A stretch of DNA of 64,000 bases from Desulfobulbus sp. (GCA_050255935.1 JBFWIP010000002.1:4636-68635); one strand, 5' to 3'. Shown: positions 21,114 through 31,121, numbered from the stretch's first letter. Translations and numbers: made by a program. The notes: generated by a model not told the origin, from the sequence alone.

Positions 21114-22235
21114 ATGCGGTGTTCCAATATTCTTCATCTCGGTTACAAGGAGTTACGGAGTTTGGGGCGTGATCCTGTCTTACTGTTCATGATCGTTTGG
21201 GTCTTTACCGTCGGGGTGTATGCTGCGGCTACCGCCCTGCCGGATTCGCTTAACAAAGCGCCGATAGCCATTGTCGACGAAGACGAATCACCTCTGTCGA
21301 CCCGTATCACCACAGCTTTTTATCCCCCCCATTTTTTGATGCCGGCAATGATAACCCAGCCGGAAATGGACAGACGGATGGATGCGGGACTGGATACCTT
21401 TTCCATCGATATTCCGCCTGATTTTCAGCAAGATCTGTTGGCGGAACGTCATCCAACACTACAGCTGAACATCGATGCAACCCGCATGAGCCAAGCATTT
21501 ATCGGCAACAGCTATATCCAAACCATTATCGGTGAGGAGGTGGCTGAATTCGTGCAGCGTTACCGGAGTACGGATGTTGCGCCGGTGGATCTCAACCTGC
21601 GGGTCCGCTTCAACCCAAACCTTACCCAGGCGTGGTTTGGCTCGGTTATGGAGATGCTCAATAACGTCACCATGCTTTCCATAATCCTTACCGGGGCCTC
21701 ATTGATAAGGGAACGGGAACACGGCACGGTGGAGCACCTCTTGGTCATGCCGGTCACCCCTTTTGAAATCATGGTGAGCAAAATATGGTCGATGGCCGTG
21801 GTGGTGACGGCGGCCTGTATTTTTTCCTTGTTTGTCGTGGTCAGATTTTTTTTGGCAGTTCATCTTGAAGGTTCACTCCCGCTTTTTTTTGCCGGTACAC
21901 TTCTGCACCTGTTTGCCACCACTTCGCTTGGCATCTACCTCGGCACCCTTGCCCGATCCATGCCCCAATTTGGACTGTTGATGGTTCTTATCCTCCTGCC
22001 CCTGCAGATGCTCTCCGGTGGAGTCACCCCCCGTGAAAGTATGCCTTTTTTGGTGAAGACGGTGATGGAAGCCGCTCCCACCACCCATTTTGTGGCCCTC
22101 GCCCAAGCGATCCTTTACCGGGGCGCAGGTTTGGAGGTGGTCTGGCCGCAGTTCATCGCTCTGCTGGGGATAGGTTTCCTGCTTTTCTGGTTTTCCCTTA
22201 ACCGCTTTCGTCGCACCATCGGCCTGATGGCCTGA
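21114..22235 (+). CDS. yhhJ: ABC-2 permease
   Basis: LIREREHGTVEHLLVMP, ARSMPQFGLL, LSGGVTPRESMP. Confidence 0.9.
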   Translation: MRCSNILHLGYKELRSLGRDPVLLFMIVWVFTVGVYAAATALPDSLNKAPIAIVDEDESPLSTRITTAFYPPHFLMPAMITQPEMDRRMDAGLDTFSIDIPPDFQQDLLAERHPTLQLNIDATRMSQAFIGNSYIQTIIGEEVAEFVQRYRSTDVAPVDLNLRVRFNPNLTQAWFGSVMEMLNNVTMLSIILTGASLIREREHGTVEHLLVMPVTPFEIMVSKIWSMAVVVTAACIFSLFVVVRFFLAVHLEGSLPLFFAGTLLHLFATTSLGIYLGTLARSMPQFGLLMVLILLPLQMLSGGVTPRESMPFLVKTVMEAAPTTHFVALAQAILYRGAGLEVVWPQFIALLGIGFLLFWFSLNRFRRTIGLMA

Positions 22236-22834
22236 AGGTTAATGCGAACGACTCTTAGCATTCATCGCCGTGCTGTGCCGGTGCGGCTATTGATTCTTTG
22301 TAGGTTCTTCGTGTTTCTTGAGTGGTACCGGTTCAACAGTGCGGTCGTGGACCTGGTCGCCGAAGAATTTCCGGTTCTGTCTCGGGATATTGTAAAGGTT
22401 TTAATGATGACCACCAAACCCCGCCAGCCTCAGGAGCCGCTGTGGTCCGGAGGTGATCATATATAAAAATGCGTTTCTCTTCGATGCCAGTATCACCGCC
22501 ATAGACCAAGATAGCGGCCAACATTTCGATCTATCCTTGGTTGAGGGATTCGTACGGATTACGGATCAGCTTGACCGGGGAGTTGGCATTTCTTGATGAA
22601 ATGGCGTTGATAGAGCGTCTCGACCGCGTTGCAAAGATCTATTTTGTCCCTTTCACCCACAACCCCTCCTAGGAACTGAATTTCACTCGTCCCGAGAGAT
22701 TGCAGCTTCCTTGCAATGATTTCCATCCTGTCTGCTGTAGTGATCGGAATTTCTTTTAAATTTCTTTTTTCGTAGTATTATCTTCTGGAGATAATTACTT
22801 GATTTTAAAAGGCAAAATAAAAATAGCAGCTCCT

Positions 22835-22885
22835 TTGTTAGGATACGGTTAGGGCGCTGTTTTTTTAGTGTCATAATATTGTTAG
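22835..22885 (+). promoter_or_regulatory. PHO-box-like tandem array (five 7-mers at 11-bp period)
   Basis: TTGTTAG-gata-CGGTTAG-ggcg-CTGTTTT-ttta-GTGTCAT-aata-TTGTTAG, upstream of the DUF47-pit operon. Confidence 0.55.
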
Positions 22886-23051
22886 AAAGGTAAAGTCGGT
22901 CCGATTTTGAGCCCTCATGTTCCTTTCCTCTTGCGGAGGAAAGTTCGGTTGCGTTGCAGCACATGAGTTCCAGGGCGATACGGCGCCGTAAAGAAAAAAA
23001 TTAAGTGGACCGTATCACAGCAAGAATTTCACAGAGGACAAAAGAACGAGT

Positions 23052-23696
23052 ATGAGTCTAGGGTTGCTTGCCAAATTGTTGCCGCCGCCGGAAAATAAAT
23101 TTTTTACCTATTTTGAGGAGGGCGCCGAGGTAAGCGAACTTTCCTCACAGCTGTTCTACCAGATCGTGCACTCCGATCTGCAGCAGCGTGAGGAGTATCT
23201 GATCCATGCCAAAACCTACAAACGACGAGCGGTCGAGGCTATGGAAAACAGCCTTACCCTGTTGAATGCCTCCTTTATCACCCCGATCGATCGGGAAGAT
23301 ATTCAGCTGATCTCCACGTATCTCTATAAAAGTACCAAGGTCATTCTCAAGGCCTGTGTGAACCTGCGTATCTATAAGATTGATTCTTATAATGAAATCG
23401 TCAAAAATCAGGCCGAGATCTTGATTAAATCGTCCGAGGAATTGCGCGCCATCATTTCCTTACTCAAGAAGAATGCGCCGCTGAAGGAAGTCACTGCATG
23501 CAGTTACAGGATCAGGGATATTGAAAACCGCGGTGATGAAATTTTGTTTACTGCAACAGAAGAAATTTTTTCCGGAAAATACGATGCACTTTCTGTGTTG
23601 AAGTTGCGTGATATTTACAAGGGAATCGAGAATGCACTCGATATCTGTTCGGTAATTTCCGACCTCGTCCTCAACATCGCCCTTAAACACAGTTAA
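23052..23696 (+). CDS. DUF47 / PhoU-like Pit accessory protein
   Basis: FITPIDREDI, IENRGDE, LKLRDIY..IENALD; directly upstream of pit. Confidence 0.9.
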   Translation: MSLGLLAKLLPPPENKFFTYFEEGAEVSELSSQLFYQIVHSDLQQREEYLIHAKTYKRRAVEAMENSLTLLNASFITPIDREDIQLISTYLYKSTKVILKACVNLRIYKIDSYNEIVKNQAEILIKSSEELRAIISLLKKNAPLKEVTACSYRIRDIENRGDEILFTATEEIFSGKYDALSVLKLRDIYKGIENALDICSVISDLVLNIALKHS

Positions 23697-23771
23697 TCGG
23701 TTTCATTGATGTTGCCGTGGCTCCAACTTCGGGGCCACTTATCTCTGCCACGGACAAGAGGACGTGTTTTC

Positions 23772-24755
23772 ATGGTTTTAACCCTACTCTTTTGTGTTAT
23801 CGTCACTGCACTTGTATTTGAATATATCAACGGATTCCACGATTCCGCCAACGCCATTGCAACCGTGGTCTCCACCAAGGTCCTGACTGCGCGTGCTGCG
23901 ATCATGTACGCCGGTGTTCTGAATATTGCCGGTGCCTTCATGGGCACTCATGTGGCCAGCACCATCGGTAATGGGATTGTCGCCACCGGCAGTGTCACTC
24001 AGGGTGTGATCCTCTGTGCCCTGCTCTCAGCGATCATTTGGAACCTTATTACTTGGTATTATGGGATTCCTTCCAGTTCCTCCCATGCGCTGATTGGTGG
24101 GTTGATGGGGGCCACTATCTCAAAAGCCGGCTACCAAGTGGTTCACTTCGAGGGGGTCACCAAGAAGGTGCTGCTGCCGATGATCACCTCTCCGCTGATC
24201 GGATTTGGGTTCGGTTTTTTATGTATGGTCACTATCCTTTGGGTCTGCGCCCGATCCAACCCCAACACCGTCAATAAGTATTTCAAGAAGCTGCAGCTGC
24301 TTTCCTCCGGCATTATGGCCTTTAGTCACGGCAGCAACGATGCCCAGAAAACCATGGGTATTATTACCCTGGCTTTGGTCACCTATCACACCTTGCCCAC
24401 TTTTAATGTCCCCTACTGGGTTATCTTGGGCTGCGCGGTTACCATGGGACTGGGCACGATGGCCGGTGGCTGGCGGATTATCCGTACCATGGGCAGCAAA
24501 ATGATCAAGCTAAAACCTGTCCATGGGTTTGCTGCGGAAACCGCTGCCGCCGCGGTCATTCTCAGCGCTTCCCATTACGGTATTCCGGTCAGTACCACCC
24601 ATATCATTTCCACCTCAATCATGGGTGTTGGCAGTACCAAGGGGATTCATGCCCTCAAATGGGGTATTGTCGGCAATATTGTCATGGCCTGGGTCTTGAC
24701 TATCCCTGTCTGTATGGTCATTGCCGCTTTCCTCTATTGGGTGCTTCCTGTCTAA
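23772..24755 (+). CDS. pit: Inorganic phosphate transporter, PiT family
   Basis: INGFHDSANAIATVV, PSSSSHALIGG, FSHGSNDAQKTMG, PVSTTH. Start reassigned to ATG 23772. Confidence 0.93.
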   Translation: MVLTLLFCVIVTALVFEYINGFHDSANAIATVVSTKVLTARAAIMYAGVLNIAGAFMGTHVASTIGNGIVATGSVTQGVILCALLSAIIWNLITWYYGIPSSSSHALIGGLMGATISKAGYQVVHFEGVTKKVLLPMITSPLIGFGFGFLCMVTILWVCARSNPNTVNKYFKKLQLLSSGIMAFSHGSNDAQKTMGIITLALVTYHTLPTFNVPYWVILGCAVTMGLGTMAGGWRIIRTMGSKMIKLKPVHGFAAETAAAAVILSASHYGIPVSTTHIISTSIMGVGSTKGIHALKWGIVGNIVMAWVLTIPVCMVIAAFLYWVLPV

Positions 24756-24812
24756 TCACAGCGCTTTTGGGCCTGTCGATTGACCGGTTTATTGCCCCTT
24801 CGAAAAAAGAGA

Positions 24813-24852
24813 CCCCTTTACTCTCAAGCAGTCTGGTTTGAAAGTAAGGGGG
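24813..24852 (+). terminator. Hairpin after pit, probable terminator
   Basis: CCCCTTTACTCTCAAGC...GTTTGAAAGTAAGGGG imperfect stem. Confidence 0.45.
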
Positions 24853-25574
24853 AACTGTTTCTCCCTCCTCTGTATTTTCGTATCGCTCCAGCAGTGAAAA
24901 CCTCCAACCGCTCAAGGACACAGGCCTGGGAATTAAACGGCGCAGACCCAGCGTTAGTTTGTGTTCGCTGGTTCTGTCAGTACATAGTTGATGTGACCGA
25001 TAACTGTACGTTCTTGTTATGCCCCGGGGGGCATGTTGCTCTTAATCTGGATTTTTTTGTACAGTCTGAGATTCATGTCAACGAAACATGTACATCACCA
25101 ACAATCAGGGACTTGTGTAAATAGACTGGTTGTGGTTAACGGATTGATTTTGCAAATATCTTTATGTACAGTAGGTTTTCTCTTAATTTTGTTTCTTTGA
25201 GTGTTGACCAAGGCGTGGTGTTTTTTTTAGTATAAAAAAAAATGAATACCAACGACGGCAAAATAGATTTTCTTTTTAGGGCAATTCTTTGTAAATAAAC
25301 CCATTATTTTTTGTCTTAATTTTAGTTATTGATCAATTCCTTTGATGTAAAATGGCCGTGGTAATTTGCTGAAATTTCATTAAAACACTGATTATATTGA
25401 TGAACATCGGTGCTGCCCCATGCCGGACTACTTAAAGTGGCCCGATGAGCGAGGAAGCTTGGGTGCTGAAGAATGATTTGATTTTTTGTTCAATATTCAT
25501 ATCAGTATTTTTTATCGAGTGTAGGCGCCGATTGCAAGTGATCGGATGGGGATGAATGCGAGTGGGTGAAAATT

Positions 25575-27659
25575 ATGAGTGAGACCAAGTATAGTATCTG
25601 CGGCATGTGCGCCGTTCGTTGTCCCGTGGTCGTGCAGGTTGAGGATGGAAAACCTGTATGGATTGAGGGCAATAGTCACGACGTCGGTATGGGACGCAGT
25701 CTGTGTGCGAAAGGTGGGGCAACTTTTGCACAGCGTGAGGACAAACAACGTCCCCTGACACCCATGCTGCGAATGGGAGAACGTGGTGAAGGCAAATGGC
25801 GCGAGGTCTCCTGGGATGAAGCCTACGATTTTATCGCCAAAAAACTGGGAGCTATTATTGACGAGCATGGTGCCCGTTCAATCATGTTTTCCGACCGCGG
25901 TGGTCCCTTTGCCGACCTCCGTAAGGCTTTTGTCAAAGCCCTGGGGTCTCCCAACTATATCAACCACGACTGTACCTGTGGCCGGAACGTCCACCATGCC
26001 GCCAAGTCGGTTTACGGCCTTGGCCGCAAAGATTTTGCCTACGATTATGCCAATGCCAAACATATCGTTCTTTTTGGACGTAATATCACCGAGGCCCTCA
26101 AGGTTAAAGAGGTTAAGAGTTTCCTCAAAGGCATTAAAAATGGCGCGCACGTCACCTATGTCGATCCCCGTGCCTCGGTAACCGCCGGCAAGGCCACCCG
26201 TTACTGGCAGAACAAACCCGGAAGCGACTATGCGCTCCTTTTGGGTATCGCCAACTGTATTGTCAATAACCGTTATTACGATCGCGATTTTGCCAATCGC
26301 TACATCAACGGCATCAAGGAATTCAAGGCTTTTCTTGCGCCTTATACTCCGGAATGGGCTGCCGAAGAAACCGGGATCAGTGCCGAAGAAATCGAGGCCT
26401 TCTGCCACGAATTGAATCAGGACCGGCCCAAGGTTATCCTTCACCCCGGATGGATGCTGTCTCGCTATCGGGATTCCTATTATGCCTCCCGCATGATCCA
26501 CATCCTCAATGCCCTGATGGGCAACATCGAACAACCCGGCGGCCTTTTTTACCCCAAAGGACCCAAGGATGCAGGCCGTTCCGGTCTCAAGAGTCTGGCC
26601 GCCCTTGTTCCCGGAGTTGATGAGGAACGGGCGGATGGATGTGGTACCCGTTATCCCCAGTGGGACAAAGGCGCAGGTATGTTGCAAACGGCCTACGAGG
26701 CGGTTGAAAATGGTGTGCCCTATCCGGTGAAGGCCTATTTTGTCCATCGACACGATCCCTTCATCGCCCTGCCCGATACCAATGAGCAGAAACGCATCCT
26801 CGACAAACTCGATCTTATCGTTGCCGTTGATATCAACTTTAGCGACACCGCCTGGTTTGCCGATGTTATCCTTCCTGAAAATACCTTCATTGAGCGTGAT
26901 GACATCCTCCGTACCGAAAAGGGGCTCAAACCGGGATTCGGACGGCGACAGCAGTGCGTCAAACCGCTTAACAACACCAAGGCCGGCTGGGAGATTTATC
27001 TCGACATCGCTCGCCGTATGGGCAAGGGCGAGTATTTCCCCTTTAATTCCATCGAGGATATCTGGGCTTACCAACTCGAGGATACCGGATTTTCGGTCAG
27101 CGATTTCGATGCCAAGGGGTTTGTTAAACTGAGTGCCGAAGCGCTCTGGTATGACCGCGAAAACCTCAAGTTCGGCACCGAATCCGGCAAAATTGAAATC
27201 TTCAATGCCAAGTGGGAGGCGATGGGGGTGCCGTCGCTGGTTCCTTATGAGGCACCCGAAGCTCCACCCGAGGGCAGTTTCCGCTTGCTGTTTGGCCGAA
27301 ACGGCTATCAGGCGCATGGTCAACACCAGAATAACCCATTGCTCAACGACCTGTTGACCGAAAATAAATTGTGGATTAACACCCAGACAGCCAAAAAAAT
27401 GGGGATAAAGGACGGCGCTCAGGTTATGGTTGCCAACGGCGATGAACAGGGCACCATCACCGCTTATGTGACCGACCTTATTCACCCCGAGGCAGTCTTC
27501 ATGCTCCACGGATTTGGTACTCGCGTACCTGCCAAAAAGCGGTCCTTTGGTAAAGGATTGGCTGATCAACTCTACATGAAGGGCAAACTCAAGGAGTGGG
27601 ACAAGGCCGGTGGAGGTTTGAACCTGGCTGAAAGTTTTGTCACCGTTACCCTTGCTTAA
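25575..27659 (+). CDS. Molybdopterin (bis-PGD) oxidoreductase catalytic subunit, PsrA/PhsA (polysulfide/thiosulfate reductase) family; no Tat signal
   Basis: FS0 motif CGMCAVRC...LCAKG about 8 aa from the N-terminus. Mo-ligand region NHDCTC, plus GEGKWREVSWDEA, FADVILPENTFIER and a C-terminal PGD-binding barrel. Confidence 0.9.
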   Translation: MSETKYSICGMCAVRCPVVVQVEDGKPVWIEGNSHDVGMGRSLCAKGGATFAQREDKQRPLTPMLRMGERGEGKWREVSWDEAYDFIAKKLGAIIDEHGARSIMFSDRGGPFADLRKAFVKALGSPNYINHDCTCGRNVHHAAKSVYGLGRKDFAYDYANAKHIVLFGRNITEALKVKEVKSFLKGIKNGAHVTYVDPRASVTAGKATRYWQNKPGSDYALLLGIANCIVNNRYYDRDFANRYINGIKEFKAFLAPYTPEWAAEETGISAEEIEAFCHELNQDRPKVILHPGWMLSRYRDSYYASRMIHILNALMGNIEQPGGLFYPKGPKDAGRSGLKSLAALVPGVDEERADGCGTRYPQWDKGAGMLQTAYEAVENGVPYPVKAYFVHRHDPFIALPDTNEQKRILDKLDLIVAVDINFSDTAWFADVILPENTFIERDDILRTEKGLKPGFGRRQQCVKPLNNTKAGWEIYLDIARRMGKGEYFPFNSIEDIWAYQLEDTGFSVSDFDAKGFVKLSAEALWYDRENLKFGTESGKIEIFNAKWEAMGVPSLVPYEAPEAPPEGSFRLLFGRNGYQAHGQHQNNPLLNDLLTENKLWINTQTAKKMGIKDGAQVMVANGDEQGTITAYVTDLIHPEAVFMLHGFGTRVPAKKRSFGKGLADQLYMKGKLKEWDKAGGGLNLAESFVTVTLA

Positions 27660-27676
27660 CCGGAAGGAGAGTTGAA

Positions 27677-28183
27677 ATGAGCAAATATCTTATCGTTCAG
27701 GACGTGGCCGATTGCATCGGCTGCCGTGCCTGTGAAGTTCACTGTAAATCCAAAAATCATCCTGGCCCAGGCGCCTTCTATTGTCGCATGTTGAAGGTAG
27801 CCTCCGCCGATGGCCCGACCCCCCAAGTCAATTTTGTTTATCTTTCCTGTTTCCATTGCGAAAAAGCCTGGTGTATCGATGCCTGTCCGACCGGTGCCAT
27901 GCGCCGCCGGGAGAAGGATGGAATCGTCTACGTCGAGGAGAAGGCCTGTGTCGGCTGTAAGGCCTGCATCACTGCCTGTCCATGGACCGTTCCCCAGTGG
28001 AATGCCGATACCGGCAAGGTCGGCAAATGCGATCTCTGCATGGATCGAATCGATCAGGGCTTGGAACCGGCCTGCGTTACCAAGTGTGTGACCAACTGTT
28101 TACATTTTACTACCCCCTCCGAGGCTTCTGAGACTGCCCGTCAGGCCTATGCCGAGCAGTTGATGCAAAACCGCCGCTCATAG
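27677..28183 (+). CDS. 4x[4Fe-4S] electron-transfer subunit (PsrB/PhsB/DmsB-like)
   Basis: CIGCRACEVHC, CFHCEKAWCIDACP, CVGCKACITACP, KCDLC...PACVTKC. Confidence 0.92.
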   Translation: MSKYLIVQDVADCIGCRACEVHCKSKNHPGPGAFYCRMLKVASADGPTPQVNFVYLSCFHCEKAWCIDACPTGAMRRREKDGIVYVEEKACVGCKACITACPWTVPQWNADTGKVGKCDLCMDRIDQGLEPACVTKCVTNCLHFTTPSEASETARQAYAEQLMQNRRS

Positions 28184-28192
28184 GAGTGCTTG

Positions 28193-28564
28193 ATGATGGA
28201 TGCGCTGCCCAAGGAATATCTTGGCATACTGCTGCTACTGATTTTTGGCGTTTTGTTCGGTGTACTGACCTTGCTCATTGGCCGGTTTTTTCGTTTAAGT
28301 CGGCCGTATAAGGAAAAACTGATCGCCTATGAGTCGGGCAATGAGCCGACCGAAGCCCCGCGGATGCGGTTTTCGGTCAAATTTTACCTGATTGCCATTC
28401 TCTTCGTGGTCTTTGATGTCGAGGCCATTTACCTCTATCCCTGGGCTGTGAGCTACGACCGGCTGGGACTGTTTGCCTTGGTGGAGATGCTGCTGTTTAT
28501 CGCGCTTTTGCTGGTGGGCTATGTCTATGCCTGGAAAAAAGGAGTACTGCAATGGGAGAAATAA
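28193..28564 (+). CDS. nuoA: Complex I subunit A
   Basis: [38 protein letters not shown]. Its SD overlaps the upstream stop (TAGGAG). Confidence 0.95.
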   Translation: MMDALPKEYLGILLLLIFGVLFGVLTLLIGRFFRLSRPYKEKLIAYESGNEPTEAPRMRFSVKFYLIAILFVVFDVEAIYLYPWAVSYDRLGLFALVEMLLFIALLLVGYVYAWKKGVLQWEK

Positions 28565-29073
28565 AGGATCCGACCATGGTGCAGTTGGAGGAAGGGGTAC
28601 GTTTTATCCCCGGTGCCAATGCCCTGCTCGGCCCATTGAACAAACTGGTGAACTGGGGGAGATCCGGTTCGATCTGGCCGGTGACCTTTGGTCTGGCCTG
28701 CTGCGCCATTGAGATGATGGACGCCGGTGCCTCCACCAACGATCTCGATCGGTTCGGTATCCTCTTTCGGGCCAGCCCCCGGCAGGCCGACTGCATGGTG
28801 GTGGCCGGTACCCTGACCAAGAAGATGGCCCCTGTTCTGCGGCGGGTCTATGATCAGATGCCTGAACCCCGGTATGTGCTGGCCATGGGCAGTTGTGCCT
28901 GCAGCGGCGGCGTTTTTGATACCTACGCTGTTACTCAGGGTGTGGACCAGATTATCCCGGTGGATGTGTATGTCCCCGGCTGCCCGCCTCGTCCAGAGGC
29001 CTTGCTTGAGGGCTTTCTTAAACTCCAGGAAAAAATTCAACAGGAGCAGTTCCGATGGAGCCAGTGGCGATAA
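28552..29073 (+). CDS. nuoB: Complex I subunit B (N2 cluster)
   Basis: [38 protein letters not shown]. Confidence 0.96.
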   Translation: MGEIKDPTMVQLEEGVRFIPGANALLGPLNKLVNWGRSGSIWPVTFGLACCAIEMMDAGASTNDLDRFGILFRASPRQADCMVVAGTLTKKMAPVLRRVYDQMPEPRYVLAMGSCACSGGVFDTYAVTQGVDQIIPVDVYVPGCPPRPEALLEGFLKLQEKIQQEQFRWSQWR

Positions 29074-29639
29074 TCGACCGGATCAGAGCCGAATTCCCCG
29101 ACGAGGTTTTGCAGAGCTACGTCAATCAGGGCCAAGGTGCGGTGGTTGTTCGTGGTGATCGGATTGTGGACATGCTACGTTGGCTGCGTGATGATGGATC
29201 CATGCAAATGAACCATCTGCGTTCGCTTTGCGGGGTCGACAACGCCCGCCGCAAGGATCCTGGCCTGTCCAGGTTCGAGGTTGTTTACAACCTCTACTCG
29301 ATTCCCCAGCGCCATGAAATCCGCATTCGCGCCGAAGTGGGCGATAAAGAGCCGGCTGTGGATTCCGTGGTCGAACTCTGGGCAGGTGCCGATTGGCTGG
29401 AACGCGAAACCTATGATCTGATGGGCATTCAGTTTAAGAACCATCCGGATTTGCGCCGGGTGCTCATGCCCGAAGACTGGGTAGGGCACCCCCTTCGCAA
29501 GGATTACCCGCTCAAGGGTAAGGAAGAGTGGGTGGGCATGACCGATCTGTTGAATAGGGTTCAGGAACTGGACAAACATGGATTTGATCCCGAAGGACAT
29601 AAACATGGCCAGTATAATCCCAGTGAGGAAGACGAATGA
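29055..29639 (+). CDS. nuoC: Complex I subunit C
   Basis: [37 protein letters not shown]. Confidence 0.95.
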   Translation: MEPVAIIDRIRAEFPDEVLQSYVNQGQGAVVVRGDRIVDMLRWLRDDGSMQMNHLRSLCGVDNARRKDPGLSRFEVVYNLYSIPQRHEIRIRAEVGDKEPAVDSVVELWAGADWLERETYDLMGIQFKNHPDLRRVLMPEDWVGHPLRKDYPLKGKEEWVGMTDLLNRVQELDKHGFDPEGHKHGQYNPSEEDE

Positions 29640-30862
29640 GCCAGCCGACTTCCCAAACCCTTGAGGTCCCGGTTCTCGACGGGGAGAGCGAGCGTTATTC
29701 CCTGCGTATGGGGCCGCAGCATCCGGCGACCCACGGCGTTCTCCGGGTTGATCTTGAACTCGATGGCGAGACCATTATCGAGTGTAATCCACAGGTGGGG
29801 TATCTCCATCGCGGTTTTGAAAAGCTTGCCGAAAGCAAAACCTACGCTCAAGCCCTGATTCTCACCGATCGACTCGATTACATTGCTGCAATGTCCAACA
29901 ACGTTGGCTACTGCGTGGCGGTGGAGCGGTTGCTCGACTTCGCCGTTCCTTTGCGCGCTCAATACATCCGCACCATTGTCGGTGAAATGTCGCGGCTCTG
30001 TTCGCACCTGCTGTGGCTGGCCACCCATGCATTGGATATCGGGGCCATGACCGTGTTTCTCTACTGTTTCCGTGAGCGCGAGATCTTACTCGATCTTTTT
30101 GAGGAACTTTGCGGTGCCCGCCTGACTTTTTCCTATCCCCGGATTGGCGGGGTGCGTCAGGATGTCAGCTCGTATTTCATTGATGAGTTGCAGCGCTTTC
30201 TCGATATTTTTCCGGCGAAAATGGAGGAGTACGAGACCCTGATTGATACCAACCGCATCTGGCTCAAACGAACCGTGGGTGTGGGCAAGCTCAGCGGCGA
30301 GGAAGCCCTGGCGCTTGGACTCACCGGGGCCTGCCTGCGGGGTTCGGGTGTGGATTACGATATTCGTAAACACCAGCCCTACGACGCCTACGATAAAGTC
30401 GAATTCGAGGTGCCACTGGCAACCGAAGGCGATATCTATGCCCGCTATCGTTGCCGCATGGAAGAGATGCACCAGTCGGTCCACATCATCCAGCAGTGTA
30501 TCGATCAATTGCCTCCTGGTCCGATCATCGGCAAGGATGCACCGGATCTGGTCATGCCGAATAAGGCGCCCGCCCGCATAGAGGCGGATGCCGCTGCCTA
30601 CGGGGCTGGCCTGATCAAACTGATTCGCGATCAAAAACTCTATATCGCAGGCGATGTCTATGTGGCCACCGAGGTGCCCAAGGGTGAATTGGGATTTTAC
30701 TTTATCTCCGACGGCAACAACCGGCCCTACCGGATGCATATCCGTTCCCCATCCTTCATCCATATCAGTTCCCTCAAGGCCATCTGCAAGGGTGAATTGA
30801 TTGCGGATTTGATTGCCAATATCGGCAGCCTGGATGTGGTTTTGGGTGAGTCAGACCGATGA
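29636..30862 (+). CDS. nuoD: Complex I subunit D (quinone-binding)
   Basis: MGPQHPATHGVLR, GYLHRGFEK, DRLDY, EVPKGELG, SLDVVLGESDR. No NiFe CxxC pairs. Confidence 0.96.
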   Translation: MSQPTSQTLEVPVLDGESERYSLRMGPQHPATHGVLRVDLELDGETIIECNPQVGYLHRGFEKLAESKTYAQALILTDRLDYIAAMSNNVGYCVAVERLLDFAVPLRAQYIRTIVGEMSRLCSHLLWLATHALDIGAMTVFLYCFREREILLDLFEELCGARLTFSYPRIGGVRQDVSSYFIDELQRFLDIFPAKMEEYETLIDTNRIWLKRTVGVGKLSGEEALALGLTGACLRGSGVDYDIRKHQPYDAYDKVEFEVPLATEGDIYARYRCRMEEMHQSVHIIQQCIDQLPPGPIIGKDAPDLVMPNKAPARIEADAAAYGAGLIKLIRDQKLYIAGDVYVATEVPKGELGFYFISDGNNRPYRMHIRSPSFIHISSLKAICKGELIADLIANIGSLDVVLGESDR

Positions 30863-31121
30863 GTTGAGCGCGCCTATGCGCATGCAGGGAATTTCACGGG
30901 AAACCTAATCGTCACTGTTTGTTGTGGCCAACTCCAACCGGGCTGGTCATGCTGGTTTGATTAACGAGTGTCCATCCAGAAATGGCCTTTTTACCCAATT
31001 TCGGTGTAATGCATAAAATTTTATCCTCGGAATATCAATTATATGCCTGCGGTATTTTTTTTGCATGTCTTGACCTTGAACGAAAATCCTCATTTCTGGA
31101 CAGACACTAACGAGGAACCGT

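Noticed and set aside
24780-25124. 114-aa ORF upstream of the Mo operon; also 3758-4087, 22683-22964 and 51300-51653
   Set aside because: No SD or motifs, TTG or weak starts, atypical composition, and overlap with terminator or regulatory sequence.
25878-27569. 563-aa antisense ORF opposite the Mo enzyme; similar ones at 12203-13345, 18869-19969, 58147-59235 and 7564-8367
   Set aside because: In-register shadows of well-supported genes caused by codon bias; no recognisable motifs.
25575-27659. Calling the Mo protein NuoG, or a selenoprotein
   Set aside because: It lacks the N-terminal 2Fe-2S/4Fe-4S domains of NuoG, retains the catalytic Cys region, and has no in-frame TGA.
29636-30862. Group 4 [NiFe]-hydrogenase or formate hydrogenlyase interpretation of the nuo cluster
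   Set aside because: The large subunit lacks both CxxC Ni-binding motifs and keeps quinone-site His/Tyr; nuoA, J and K are present; the Mo subunit lacks the FDH C/U-H motif.
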